Positions 30,064 to 38,577 of a DNA stretch of 43,855 nucleotides are shown here, in pieces. Position 1 is the first letter of the stretch; each line of letters begins with the position of its first letter. The DNA is from a virus. Its lineage: Duplodnaviria; Caudoviricetes. The position numbers and the translations under genes are program-made. The stretch covers positions 1-43,855 of IMG/VR virus record IMGVR_UViG_3300038530_001619; one strand, written 5' to 3'. The notes below the pieces were generated by a model. The model had not been told where the DNA came from. It saw only the letters and a program-made list of their open reading frames with translations, and ran no database searches.

Positions 30064-30894
30064 TTATAATTGAGCTGCTGCTAAAGAAGCTTCGTAATCT
30101 CTATCTTCTTTAAATTGTTTAAACGCAGCTCTACGTTGTTTTCTTTGAGCTTTTCTCATTGCTCTTTTTTCTGATCCACTTAAACTTTTTCTAGCTTTTC
30201 TATCTGCTCTTCTATCCGCACGCTTAACTCTTCTAGCGCCGCTCATTCCTTTTTCTCTTTCTTCTTTCTTTTGCTGTCTATAAGCTTTAAATTCATCTAA
30301 CTTATCTGTCACGCCTAGTTTATCTGCAGCTTTTTTAATGCCTTCTTTTGCGGCTTTATATTCGTCACCAACTATTCCTGATTCTAAAGCTGTATCATAT
30401 GCTTTTATTTTGTCAGTAGCACCTTCTATAATTGCATCTCCAACTCTTTCCACATCTGTTTTACCGCTTTTGCCGTCTTGAGTTTGTTGTGAAGTGTCGC
30501 CTTCTTTATAAGCAGCCATGTATTCATCTGTTTGTGCTTGTAAAGCTTTATCAGCCATATCAGCCTGTTGATCTGCATATGTAGCAAATTCAACTTTAGT
30601 AGTAAAATCATCTTTAGGTGCTTGCTGCACAACACCACCTACATTAGCACCACCTGATTCTAAAGCTGCTCCTGTAATAGAGCCAGAAGCTTGGGCTTCA
30701 TCACTTGGTGTACTTACGGGCATCATTTGATTACCAGTACCAATAGGACTTGTTACACCAGATCCTCTAGTCATTGCTGAAAAATTTTGTTGTGTATTAA
30801 CACCAAAACTACCTGGACTTACTGTACCTGACTCACCTGGTAATGGTACTGGACTGGACAAAACCGCTATATCTATAGGACTTACTAATGGCAT
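30064..30894 (-). CDS. Hypothetical virion-associated protein
   Basis: Pro/Ser/Gly low-complexity N-terminus and Arg/Lys-rich C-terminus. Confidence 0.5.
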   Translation of the reverse strand: MPLVSPIDIAVLSSPVPLPGESGTVSPGSFGVNTQQNFSAMTRGSGVTSPIGTGNQMMPVSTPSDEAQASGSITGAALESGGANVGGVVQQAPKDDFTTKVEFATYADQQADMADKALQAQTDEYMAAYKEGDTSQQTQDGKSGKTDVERVGDAIIEGATDKIKAYDTALESGIVGDEYKAAKEGIKKAADKLGVTDKLDEFKAYRQQKKEEREKGMSGARRVKRADRRADRKARKSLSGSEKRAMRKAQRKQRRAAFKQFKEDRDYEASLAAAQL

Positions 30895-30895
30895 A

Positions 30896-31324
30896 TTATC
30901 TACTTTTATCTCTATTTAAGTTATTTATAGAAAAACTCAAAACTTTATTAGAGTATGTGTTTTGTTTTAATTTATTAGGTATATCTTCTTCACCTAACAT
31001 TATACGATACATACGACTTATTAGCTGCTTGCACTTATAGGAAACTTTATATATATGATATTTTTGGGTAGTGCGATTTCTCTTTCTCCACACAACTATC
31101 CACCCTTGTTTCAATAATCTGTTCCAGCGCCTGTTATCCCAGCTATAAGAGTAAGTACCTTTTATAAAATCATCTTTAGTAAAAAACTCAATAGCATCAA
31201 GATATATTAAAAGTTCAAGATCCGCATCTTTAAGATCACATGTTTTACACGCCCATTTACGTATTATTCTGTAATGCTTTAAAAGTTTAAGATCTTTTAA
31301 ATCAGATGAAGTTAAATTTCTCAT
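30896..31324 (-). CDS. Winged-helix-like DNA-binding protein (putative)
   Basis: MarR-like spacing: DLELLIYLD...RWNRLLKQGWIVV...IYKVSYKCKQLI. Confidence 0.45.
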   Translation of the reverse strand: MRNLTSSDLKDLKLLKHYRIIRKWACKTCDLKDADLELLIYLDAIEFFTKDDFIKGTYSYSWDNRRWNRLLKQGWIVVWRKRNRTTQKYHIYKVSYKCKQLISRMYRIMLGEEDIPNKLKQNTYSNKVLSFSINNLNRDKSR

Positions 31325-31581
31325 AAAATAATAACAACATCTTGTTCTTTAATTACCTTGTACTCATCTTTATTTATTTCAATATTAAATCCAGATGCTT
31401 TGTCGTAATATACTTCATCATCTTTTTTTAATACAGAAACATCAGAGCCAGGTTCTACAACCTTAGCTCTTCTGTATCTAACATCTTCTCTTTGTTTTTC
31501 AGTTAATATCAAACCTCCTTTAGTAGTTGTATTAACTTCTTTAATAGGTTTTATTACAATATATTTACCAACTGCTTTCAT
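31321..31581 (-). CDS. groS: Co-chaperonin GroES
   Basis: MKAVGKYIVIKP, mobile loop TTKGGLIL, AKVVEPG and YKVIKEQDV. Confidence 0.9.
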   Translation of the reverse strand: MKAVGKYIVIKPIKEVNTTTKGGLILTEKQREDVRYRRAKVVEPGSDVSVLKKDDEVYYDKASGFNIEINKDEYKVIKEQDVVIIL

Positions 31582-33125
31582 ATTCTAATATTATTGACTA
31601 CGCAGTCGGTTGATAATATAGTTGTTGCTACTGAAGCCGCGTTTTGAAGAGCACTCTTTGTCACTAATAAAGGATCTATAATACCGGCTTTTACCATATC
31701 CACCGTATTTCCTGTAACCACGTCTAATCCTCTACCATCTTCGTCTGGGTCAACATACTCTTTTACGCCTGCATTTTTTAATATAAGTTCATAAGGCTTT
31801 CGTATAGCTTGATACAATACTTCTTCGCCTATTGAACTAGGTTTTAAATGCATGCTAGCATTTAATAGAGCTATACCACCTCCAGGTACTATACCTTCTT
31901 TTATCGCGGCTTTTGTAGCACAAATAGCATCTTCAACTCTATCTTTCTTCTCTTTTAACTCAACTTCTGAATTAGCACCTACTTTTACTATTGCAACTTT
32001 AGCTTTTAGTTTAGATAATCTTTGCTCAAGTCTTACAATAATGTTTGGGTTTTTAGTTTTTTTAATTTGATCTTCTAATATCTTAATAGTATCTTTGACT
32101 TCTGGCTTATCTGTAAGATCAACTTGTAATATAGTTTCTTCATGGTTAGTAACTGATTTTATACAAGAACCTAAATGTTCTGGTTGTATAAGATCCATAT
32201 CATCACCTAAATCTTCGTTAATTAATGTAGCACCTGTTACGGCACATAGATCTTCTAGTATATCTTTTTTGCTTATTCCGTATACTGGCGCATCTACTAT
32301 ATTAACTTTTATATTGCCTTTTGATTTATTCATAGCTAAAGCAGTGGTAACTTGAGGATCTACTTCAGCAATGATTAATAAGCTTTTACCATTTTTTATA
32401 ACAAATTCAAGGACAGACTGAATCTTCCTCACGTTGGGTATTACTGACTCTACAATGAGAACCAAAGGGTTTTCAAGTTCAGCCGTTCCTTTTTGTTTAT
32501 TGGTAATAAAATGGTTGTTTTTCAAAGGTTGATCATATTGAACACCTTCAATTAACTCGACTTCTGTTTCAGGTTGCTCATTTGTTTCCATCATTACGAT
32601 ACCTGTTTCGTCTACCATTTTAAAGGCCTTACCTATAATCTCACCCAGCTCTTTATCATTATTAGCAGATATAGTAGCTACTTGATTTATTTTTTTTCCA
32701 GTTACTTTTTTAGACTTTTTAGTTAAATACTCAACAACTTTTGTAACAGCTTTGTTTATTCCATCACGTAAGCCTCTTTCATCATCTAGTAATGAGTGAG
32801 TAGTTGCTTCATCTAAAATAGCTTTAGCTAACACAGTTGCAGTAGTTGTACCATCACCTGCATCTTTAACAGTACGCTGTGCTGCTTCTTTTATTAATGT
32901 TGCTCCAATATTTTCTAACGGATCTTGTAATGTAATAGCATTTGCTACTGTAACTCCGTCTTTTGTAATTTGTGGTCTTCCTTGCTCATCTTCTAATATA
33001 ACACATTTACCACTTGCTCCTAGTGTTGAGCCTACTGCATTAGTAAGTTTTTCAACACCAGTTAATACCTGACTTCTAGCAGTTTCGCCAAAAGCCAGGT
33101 TTTTAACTAACTTTAATTCTTGCAT
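31578..33125 (-). CDS. groL: Chaperonin GroEL
   Basis: ITKDGVTVA, AGDGTTTATVLA, KKDRVEDAICATKAAIKEGIVPGGG and GIIDPLLVT; no GGM tail. Confidence 0.95.
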   Translation of the reverse strand: MQELKLVKNLAFGETARSQVLTGVEKLTNAVGSTLGASGKCVILEDEQGRPQITKDGVTVANAITLQDPLENIGATLIKEAAQRTVKDAGDGTTTATVLAKAILDEATTHSLLDDERGLRDGINKAVTKVVEYLTKKSKKVTGKKINQVATISANNDKELGEIIGKAFKMVDETGIVMMETNEQPETEVELIEGVQYDQPLKNNHFITNKQKGTAELENPLVLIVESVIPNVRKIQSVLEFVIKNGKSLLIIAEVDPQVTTALAMNKSKGNIKVNIVDAPVYGISKKDILEDLCAVTGATLINEDLGDDMDLIQPEHLGSCIKSVTNHEETILQVDLTDKPEVKDTIKILEDQIKKTKNPNIIVRLEQRLSKLKAKVAIVKVGANSEVELKEKKDRVEDAICATKAAIKEGIVPGGGIALLNASMHLKPSSIGEEVLYQAIRKPYELILKNAGVKEYVDPDEDGRGLDVVTGNTVDMVKAGIIDPLLVTKSALQNAASVATTILSTDCVVNNIRI

Positions 33126-33156
33126 TTGATTTAATTAAATATAATTGTTTTGAATA

Positions 33157-33450
33157 TTACTCGAAGGTTTTAACTACTTTCGGTCCTTTGATAAACTCTA
33201 ACTTTTTACTGTAGTGTTCTATAGAAGCGTCTATAGCTTGCTCAGCTCCAGTTATTGTTTCTCTTCTGGTAACATCGATCCACGTGTCAGGATCATCGAT
33301 GCTTTTATATTCGGTTTGTAAAAATCCATTAGGTAATTGTACTATTCTCCAGTTTTTCTTTTCTGAAATATGTTTCCAGTACTTAATGGTTTCTTCATTT
33401 GGTTGTGGTGCACTATTCCACGTATTAGTGCGGGTATATAAAAACGTCAT
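33157..33450 (-). CDS. Hypothetical protein
   Basis: 97-aa ORF upstream of groEL. Confidence 0.6.
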   Translation of the reverse strand: MTFLYTRTNTWNSAPQPNEETIKYWKHISEKKNWRIVQLPNGFLQTEYKSIDDPDTWIDVTRRETITGAEQAIDASIEHYSKKLEFIKGPKVVKTFE

Positions 33451-33489
33451 TGTATTTGGTTTTAAGTTAAACGTTGGTTATTATATACT

Positions 33490-33497
33490 ATCACTTG
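33490..33497 (-). promoter_or_regulatory. Candidate late promoter motif CAAGTGAT inside the near-palindrome ACTATCA-CT-TGATAGT
   Basis: Intergenic, upstream of the groEL/groES operon. Confidence 0.35.
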
Positions 33498-33519
33498 ATA
33501 GTTCGGTTATTTAATATTT

Positions 33520-36500
33520 TTATTCGTCATAGAAATGTAATGCTAGTCCATCTCTCGTTGCAGCTTCTGGTGGAAGTATACTAGTAGGTGGAGAAGTACT
33601 GTGTGCACTAGCGCCTCTAGATAGTAAAGTACTATTTAATAATCCTGCGTCACCAGCTATATCAGAATTTGCTTCTTCAGTTCCAAGTTGAGATGTATAT
33701 ATTACTACATCATCACCAGCTGAAAAAGTATATGCAGAACTAAACGTTATTGTATTAACTCCAGTAGTTAAAGCACCACTTGTACTTAGTAAAACTCTAG
33801 TTGCTGAACTAATAGTTCCAAGGTAAACAGCTACTGTTAAGGTGGCTGTACCTGTTACTGCAGTTACAAAAAAGTCAACTTTGTCAATAGTGCAGTCTGT
33901 TTGAACAACTGATTGTCTGTATATTTGTTTTCCTGCTGATCCAGAAGATATAGCGTGTGTAGCTTCATATATAGATAAAAACTGAAAACCTAGTTTGCCA
34001 GAAGCAGATGCCCACTCCATTTTTGCTAAAGGTGGATCTGTATAACTACCTCCGCCACTGTTAGCTGTATAAGACTGTACGGATAAAACTTGACCAACTG
34101 ATGGTAAAGCTTCAGGTAATTTTACTATATAATTATTTCCACTTGCGTGTTGAGGTCCTTCAATTGTTACTGCATGAGTACCAGCAGAACAATTTAATCT
34201 TAATCTACCATCATTACTACCGCCACCTTGTATGTTAACAATACCTCTTGTGCTACCAGCATTACCAACTGTTACTGTATCTGTACCATCAAAAGTAAAA
34301 ACAGAGCTAGCACCAAATGAACCACTATTGTTATATTGCACTTGCGTATTACTACCAGCTGGACTTGTACCACCACCACTTACAGTAGACCAAGTTAAAT
34401 TTCCAGATCCGTCATTTTTTAAATAAGTATTACTAGCGCCTTGTGCATCTGGCAGCGTAACATCATAAGATGCTGACATACTATCAGGACCTTTAATTTG
34501 TACATGGTAATTATTACTACCACCTTCTTCTAATTCTAGTACACCACCTCTATTATTGCCACCACCACCATCTATTCTTATAGTTCCTTTTAAATTATTT
34601 ACAGAATTACCAACTTTATAAGTATAAGTAGTTGGATTCCATTGAAACATTTGCTGACTAGATGAATTAGAAAATGTGAGAGTATTAGACATTGTAACTG
34701 TTCTAGCACCTGATAAAGTTCCGTCAGTTGTATATATATTAGTATTAGTATCTGTAGGCGTACTCCAACTACCATTATAATCTAAATATTGTCCTGATGA
34801 TCCACCTGTTACAGTAACTGCTAAAGTGCCTGAAGAAGTTACAGGTGAACCAGAAACTGCAAAAGCTGATGGCATTGTTAAACCAACAGAAGTTACAGTT
34901 CCAGAACCTGATGTTGCCCAAGTTAAATTACCTGAGCCATCATTTTGTAAAAACGTACTTGCAGCACCTTGAGCAGCTGGAAGTTCTAATGAATAAGAAC
35001 TAGACATTGTATCAGGTCCTTTTATTTGAACGTGATAGTTATTAGTACCACCTGCTTCTATCTCTAATAAACCACCTCTATTATTACTTCCTTCACCTTC
35101 TATTCTTAAAGTACCTTTACGTTGAAATGCAGAGTTACCTATTTCAAACTTGTTTGTTGATTCATGAAACTTAAATATTCTTTCAGATGAACTGTTATTT
35201 AAAGTTAAATCATAACTAGACATTGATATTATCCTGTCACCAGCTAATGTACCGTTTGTAGTATATAAGTTAGTATTAGTATCAGTTGAAGCAAAAGTTA
35301 ATTGATTAGCACTATCTCTAGTTATTGTAACATTAGTACCGCCTACTAAAGCTACATCATAATCTGTACCTGTACTTTCTGCTAATCTTAATGTAGTTGT
35401 AGCGTTAGGTACATTATATGAATATGTAGTATTATTATCTGTTGGAGTTGCCCATGTGCCGTCTTTTTGAAGAAAAGTACTACCAGAACCACCACCTAAG
35501 TTAGTTAAAGCAGCACCCGCTGCTAAAGAAAATGTTGTACCAACTAAAGATAAACCTGTGCCAGCACTATAAGTAGTATCTGAAGGCGTAGCCCAAGAAC
35601 CATCGCCTCTATAATAAGTAGAGCTGCTTCCACCATTTATAGTAACATTAATTGTACCGTCTGCTGTTAAAGGACTGTTAGCTACACTAAATCCACTAGG
35701 CATTGTTAAGCCTACTGAATTTAAGCCGCCACCGCCACCGCCACCGACCCATGGCACGTTTACTACTAATTGATTACTACTATTTAATTGTACACCATAA
35801 GTTCTACTAGCTGTTGATGAAACTGCATTAGCAGCTGTTGACTGAACAGTATTACTAAATATTTTAGCTATACCTTCAGTTGACGATGTCATTGTTGAAT
35901 ACGTAGTACCTGAATATTGAGGTATGTTAAGTGTAGTACCATCCCAAGTAGAAGCGCCTGATGTTCCAGTGGTCGTTAAAGTTATATCCGTAGTGTTATT
36001 ATCTGTCCAAGGAACATTAACATAAGCTTGTTCACTAGATAATTGTACTGGATAGTTTTTAGCATTTTGTGAATATCCTATTTTAATACCGCCTCTAGCT
36101 CCACTAGTAGCTAAAGGTAAAGTATAAGAAGTAGAAGGAACAGCCCATTGATTATCACCACGTAAAAATGTAGTATTGTCTGCTGTTCCAGTTGCTGATA
36201 AATCTGCAGTTACAGTAATTGGTCCTGTAGTAGGAGTATTTGGAGTTAAATTTATGTAAGTACCGTCTGTAGTAGTAACTGAGTCAACAGCTCCACCACC
36301 GCCTCCACCAGAAGGAACTTGCCAAGTACCGTCACCTCGCAAAAAAGTACTGCCAGTACCACCTGATGGTACATAACCTGTTATATTAGTACCACCATAA
36401 GCTCTTGATGATATTGTTATATCACCAGTAGAAGCAGAAACTTGTATAGGTAACGTTGCAGCTAAACTATCTACTACATCTAATGGATCTTTTAAATCTC

Positions 36501-36606
36501 CAATAGTAATTTTTTTAGTTATATTACTATTAGCTACATCTGATATAATTAATAAATCAGCACTAGTTGGCGATACCTTACTTGGGTACGAATATATTAT
36601 TGGCAT
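33520..36606 (-). CDS. Tail fibre-like protein with internal repeats
   Basis: Gly/Ser/Thr-rich, repeated (T/Y)xxxDxxWxxP fibre motifs, poly-Gly linkers and a duplicated ~122-aa module. Confidence 0.75.
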   Translation of the reverse strand: MPIIYSYPSKVSPTSADLLIISDVANSNITKKITIGDLKDPLDVVDSLAATLPIQVSASTGDITISSRAYGGTNITGYVPSGGTGSTFLRGDGTWQVPSGGGGGGAVDSVTTTDGTYINLTPNTPTTGPITVTADLSATGTADNTTFLRGDNQWAVPSTSYTLPLATSGARGGIKIGYSQNAKNYPVQLSSEQAYVNVPWTDNNTTDITLTTTGTSGASTWDGTTLNIPQYSGTTYSTMTSSTEGIAKIFSNTVQSTAANAVSSTASRTYGVQLNSSNQLVVNVPWVGGGGGGGLNSVGLTMPSGFSVANSPLTADGTINVTINGGSSSTYYRGDGSWATPSDTTYSAGTGLSLVGTTFSLAAGAALTNLGGGSGSTFLQKDGTWATPTDNNTTYSYNVPNATTTLRLAESTGTDYDVALVGGTNVTITRDSANQLTFASTDTNTNLYTTNGTLAGDRIISMSSYDLTLNNSSSERIFKFHESTNKFEIGNSAFQRKGTLRIEGEGSNNRGGLLEIEAGGTNNYHVQIKGPDTMSSSYSLELPAAQGAASTFLQNDGSGNLTWATSGSGTVTSVGLTMPSAFAVSGSPVTSSGTLAVTVTGGSSGQYLDYNGSWSTPTDTNTNIYTTDGTLSGARTVTMSNTLTFSNSSSQQMFQWNPTTYTYKVGNSVNNLKGTIRIDGGGGNNRGGVLELEEGGSNNYHVQIKGPDSMSASYDVTLPDAQGASNTYLKNDGSGNLTWSTVSGGGTSPAGSNTQVQYNNSGSFGASSVFTFDGTDTVTVGNAGSTRGIVNIQGGGSNDGRLRLNCSAGTHAVTIEGPQHASGNNYIVKLPEALPSVGQVLSVQSYTANSGGGSYTDPPLAKMEWASASGKLGFQFLSIYEATHAISSGSAGKQIYRQSVVQTDCTIDKVDFFVTAVTGTATLTVAVYLGTISSATRVLLSTSGALTTGVNTITFSSAYTFSAGDDVVIYTSQLGTEEANSDIAGDAGLLNSTLLSRGASAHSTSPPTSILPPEAATRDGLALHFYDE

Positions 36607-37014
36607 TTATATGTTTTTTGCTTTCTTTTCTCCTTTTGCGCTACCTAATCCTTTAATTCCTTTGTCAGTTGACGAGTCAAACTTCATAGCCATAGGCCCT
36701 TTAGGCTTCATAGCTTTTGGCCCTTTATGCATAGCTGTAGCACCTCTTTTGTGTGGTTGCACTTTTTGCATGTGAGTTTTGTCGTGTCTTTCGTTTTCTA
36801 AATAGTGTAATCTAGCAGAAGCAGTTAATTTTTTGTTATAAGCTTGCTTTGCATCGTACTTTTCACCGCTCATTGCCATAGGACCTTTTTTATAGGCCAT
36901 AGCACCCTCTTTTTTCATAGCCATTGGCCCTTCTTTCATTGCCATAGCTCCTTTTTCTTTCATTGCTTTAGGTCCATACATTGCTGTTGCACCTTTTTTC
37001 ATTTTATAAGGCAT
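36607..37014 (-). CDS. Lys/Met-rich repeat protein
   Basis: Nine G-[AP]-x-A-[MY] repeats. Confidence 0.65.
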   Translation of the reverse strand: MPYKMKKGATAMYGPKAMKEKGAMAMKEGPMAMKKEGAMAYKKGPMAMSGEKYDAKQAYNKKLTASARLHYLENERHDKTHMQKVQPHKRGATAMHKGPKAMKPKGPMAMKFDSSTDKGIKGLGSAKGEKKAKNI

Positions 37015-37020
37015 AATTTA

Positions 37021-37323
37021 TTACTTTTTATCGTTTAATTTAACTACGTAGTTTCCTTTATCGTCAGATTTTACTTTTGAGTAGTCCTGAACGCTTAATT
37101 GTGGGAAAGCACCTGTTTGTTTTTTAATATTTTTCTCAAGTTCGTATTCTTCTACAAAATCACCTGGCTTATATTTGTTAGAAACTCTAATAGTGTCAGT
37201 TTTTGGTGGAATATTCTTTGATATTTTGGACATAGCTTCAGGTCCTGTAGCATTTCTACTTCCTAGAGCCTTATTATCTGGTCCGTCGTGTAATTTGGCC
37301 ATTGGCCCTAGTTCTTTTTTCAT
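37021..37323 (-). CDS. Small basic protein, first late gene
   Basis: 100 aa with GPMAK and GPEAM motifs. Confidence 0.6.
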   Translation of the reverse strand: MKKELGPMAKLHDGPDNKALGSRNATGPEAMSKISKNIPPKTDTIRVSNKYKPGDFVEEYELEKNIKKQTGAFPQLSVQDYSKVKSDDKGNYVVKLNDKK

Positions 37324-37609
37324 GGTATTTTTTTAAAATTTGTCTTATTTTTAGTATATTACATGTAATTACGTGTTTTTACCTGTTAATATAGTGACAA
37401 TTGCCTGTTATTAGTATACTTATAAGGCTAATGTCATACTATGAGTTAGATATTTAGGGTTTTTGGGTTGCCCCCTACCTAATCTATTTACGTTCTTAAA
37501 ACAAATTTATTTTTATTTTTAGGGCCTGGCCACATTTTTACAATTTTTTACATAGATTTTTACATTTTTTTATATTTGGCCCCATAGGCCCCATATTTTC
37601 ATAAAATTA
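37324..37609. other. Non-coding strand-switch region; candidate genome terminus or pac region
   Basis: Late and early genes diverge here. Contains an inverted repeat (37395-37436), phased TTTTTACA x3 and tandem GGCCCCATA x2. Confidence 0.5.
37358..37365 (-). promoter_or_regulatory. Candidate late promoter motif CATGTAAT
   Basis: Upstream of the first late gene, inside the palindrome ATTACATGTAAT. Confidence 0.35.
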
Positions 37610-37642
37610 TTACAAACTAAATACGACTATATGTAGATAATA
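37610..37642 (+). promoter_or_regulatory. Early bipartite motif, copy 1
   Basis: TTACAAACTAAATACGA-ctatatgta-GATAATA. Confidence 0.75.
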
Positions 37643-37668
37643 TATACAAATAAATTAAACTAATTACA

Positions 37669-37833
37669 ATGAATAATAACTTTAACTACGAATTTGAAAT
37701 ATATCAACTTAACGATGACGAACCTACTTACATTGTTAACAATTCACCTCATTTAACTGAAGAATTTATTGAATACTTAGAAAGTATTGACATTGATATT
37801 CACACTTCAATATACAAAGTTACTAAATTATAA
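37669..37833 (+). CDS. Small acidic early protein (54 aa)
   Basis: Not in the track. MNNNFNYEFEIYQLNDDEPTY...KVTKL; directly after motif copy 1. Confidence 0.55.
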   Translation: MNNNFNYEFEIYQLNDDEPTYIVNNSPHLTEEFIEYLESIDIDIHTSIYKVTKL

Positions 37834-37901
37834 TGTAAATAATTGAGAACTCATGTGTAATACTATTGAACTAATTTTAACTAATAAACAAATGTACACT
37901 T

Positions 37902-37934
37902 GTACAAACTAAATACGAAACTAAATAGATAATA
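37902..37934 (+). promoter_or_regulatory. Early bipartite motif, copy 2
   Basis: GTACAAACTAAATACGA-aactaaata-GATAATA. Confidence 0.75.
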
Positions 37935-37965
37935 ATAATAACTAAAATAAATAAAATAAATAACT

Positions 37966-38202
37966 ATGAAAACTAATAACTTAACTACTAAAAGATTTGT
38001 AATCAGAAAATCATTACTCGGTACTAATACTATAATAACTTTCACTAATAATAAAAATGTTACATTTACTTATGACCATGATGAAATTTATTCAATATTT
38101 CAAGAAAAGTTTGAAACTATGCCATGTTTTCAACAATACAAATCTTACACTAATTCAAATACAGTTCCAAAATTCTGTAGAGATTTAGCTGAAATAAAGT
38201 GA
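37966..38202 (+). CDS. Early hypothetical protein
   Basis: 78 aa after motif copy 2, with an A-rich leader. Confidence 0.7.
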   Translation: MKTNNLTTKRFVIRKSLLGTNTIITFTNNKNVTFTYDHDEIYSIFQEKFETMPCFQQYKSYTNSNTVPKFCRDLAEIK

Positions 38203-38320
38203 GCTTAAGCTCGACTCGTAGTTGATAGTCATACTTTAGCGAGTTAGAAAATAATACGAACATATGACTACACATAGCCTGAATGGTTGGACGAGAGGTT
38301 CGATTCCTCTCCAGGTTACA
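38201..38320 (+). ncRNA. Pseudoknot plus minimal tRNA-like element (acceptor stem and T-arm)
   Basis: Interleaved stems GACTCG/CGAGTT and TAGTCATA/TATGACTA, then a TAGCCTG...CAGGTTA stem enclosing GAGAGG-TTCGATT-CCTCTC. Confidence 0.55.
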
Positions 38321-38348
38321 AACTAAAAACGACAAAGTGTCGATAATA
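38316..38348 (+). promoter_or_regulatory. Early bipartite motif, copy 3
   Basis: TTACAAACTAAAAACGA-caaagtgtc-GATAATA. Confidence 0.75.
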
Positions 38349-38374
38349 ATATAAACTAATTAAATTAAATAACT

Positions 38375-38575
38375 ATGTATAATCCAAATAATCCTTCAAA
38401 CTGGTCTTGGTCAAAAGCTTTTGATGAAATGAACAAAACTGTTCACCAAGCTGAAATAACTTCTCAAATTATTAATCACTTAGCAGATTATCCAGGTGAC
38501 TCACATGGTGAATATCCAAAGTTTGACAAGCAAACTAAAGATAATGTTTACGAAATACTATCTCAAATACTATAA
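38375..38575 (+). CDS. Early hypothetical protein
   Basis: 66 aa after motif copy 3. Confidence 0.65.
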   Translation: MYNPNNPSNWSWSKAFDEMNKTVHQAEITSQIINHLADYPGDSHGEYPKFDKQTKDNVYEILSQIL

Positions 38576-38577
38576 TT

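Noticed and set aside
19133-30638. Same-strand nested ORFs (19133, 19613, 24827, 30426)
   Set aside because: They are alternative frames inside terL, the fibre and the 276-aa gene, with no motifs or initiation context.
22371-36606. Diversity-generating retroelement or invertible fibre switch
   Set aside because: No reverse transcriptase, recombinase or adenine-specific template/variable repeat pair is visible in the window.
230-37038. Plus-strand track ORFs in the late module (230, 3630, 5199, 6525, 10033, 14347, 14933, 15441, 15455, 17080, 20412, 24384, 25998, 26431, 28773, 29115, 31852, 32095, 33284, 34232, 36844)
   Set aside because: They are antisense shadows of well-supported minus-strand genes, with composition mirroring the real frame.
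38200-38270. Stop-codon readthrough stimulated by the pseudoknot
   Set aside because: An in-frame TAA follows one codon after the TGA.
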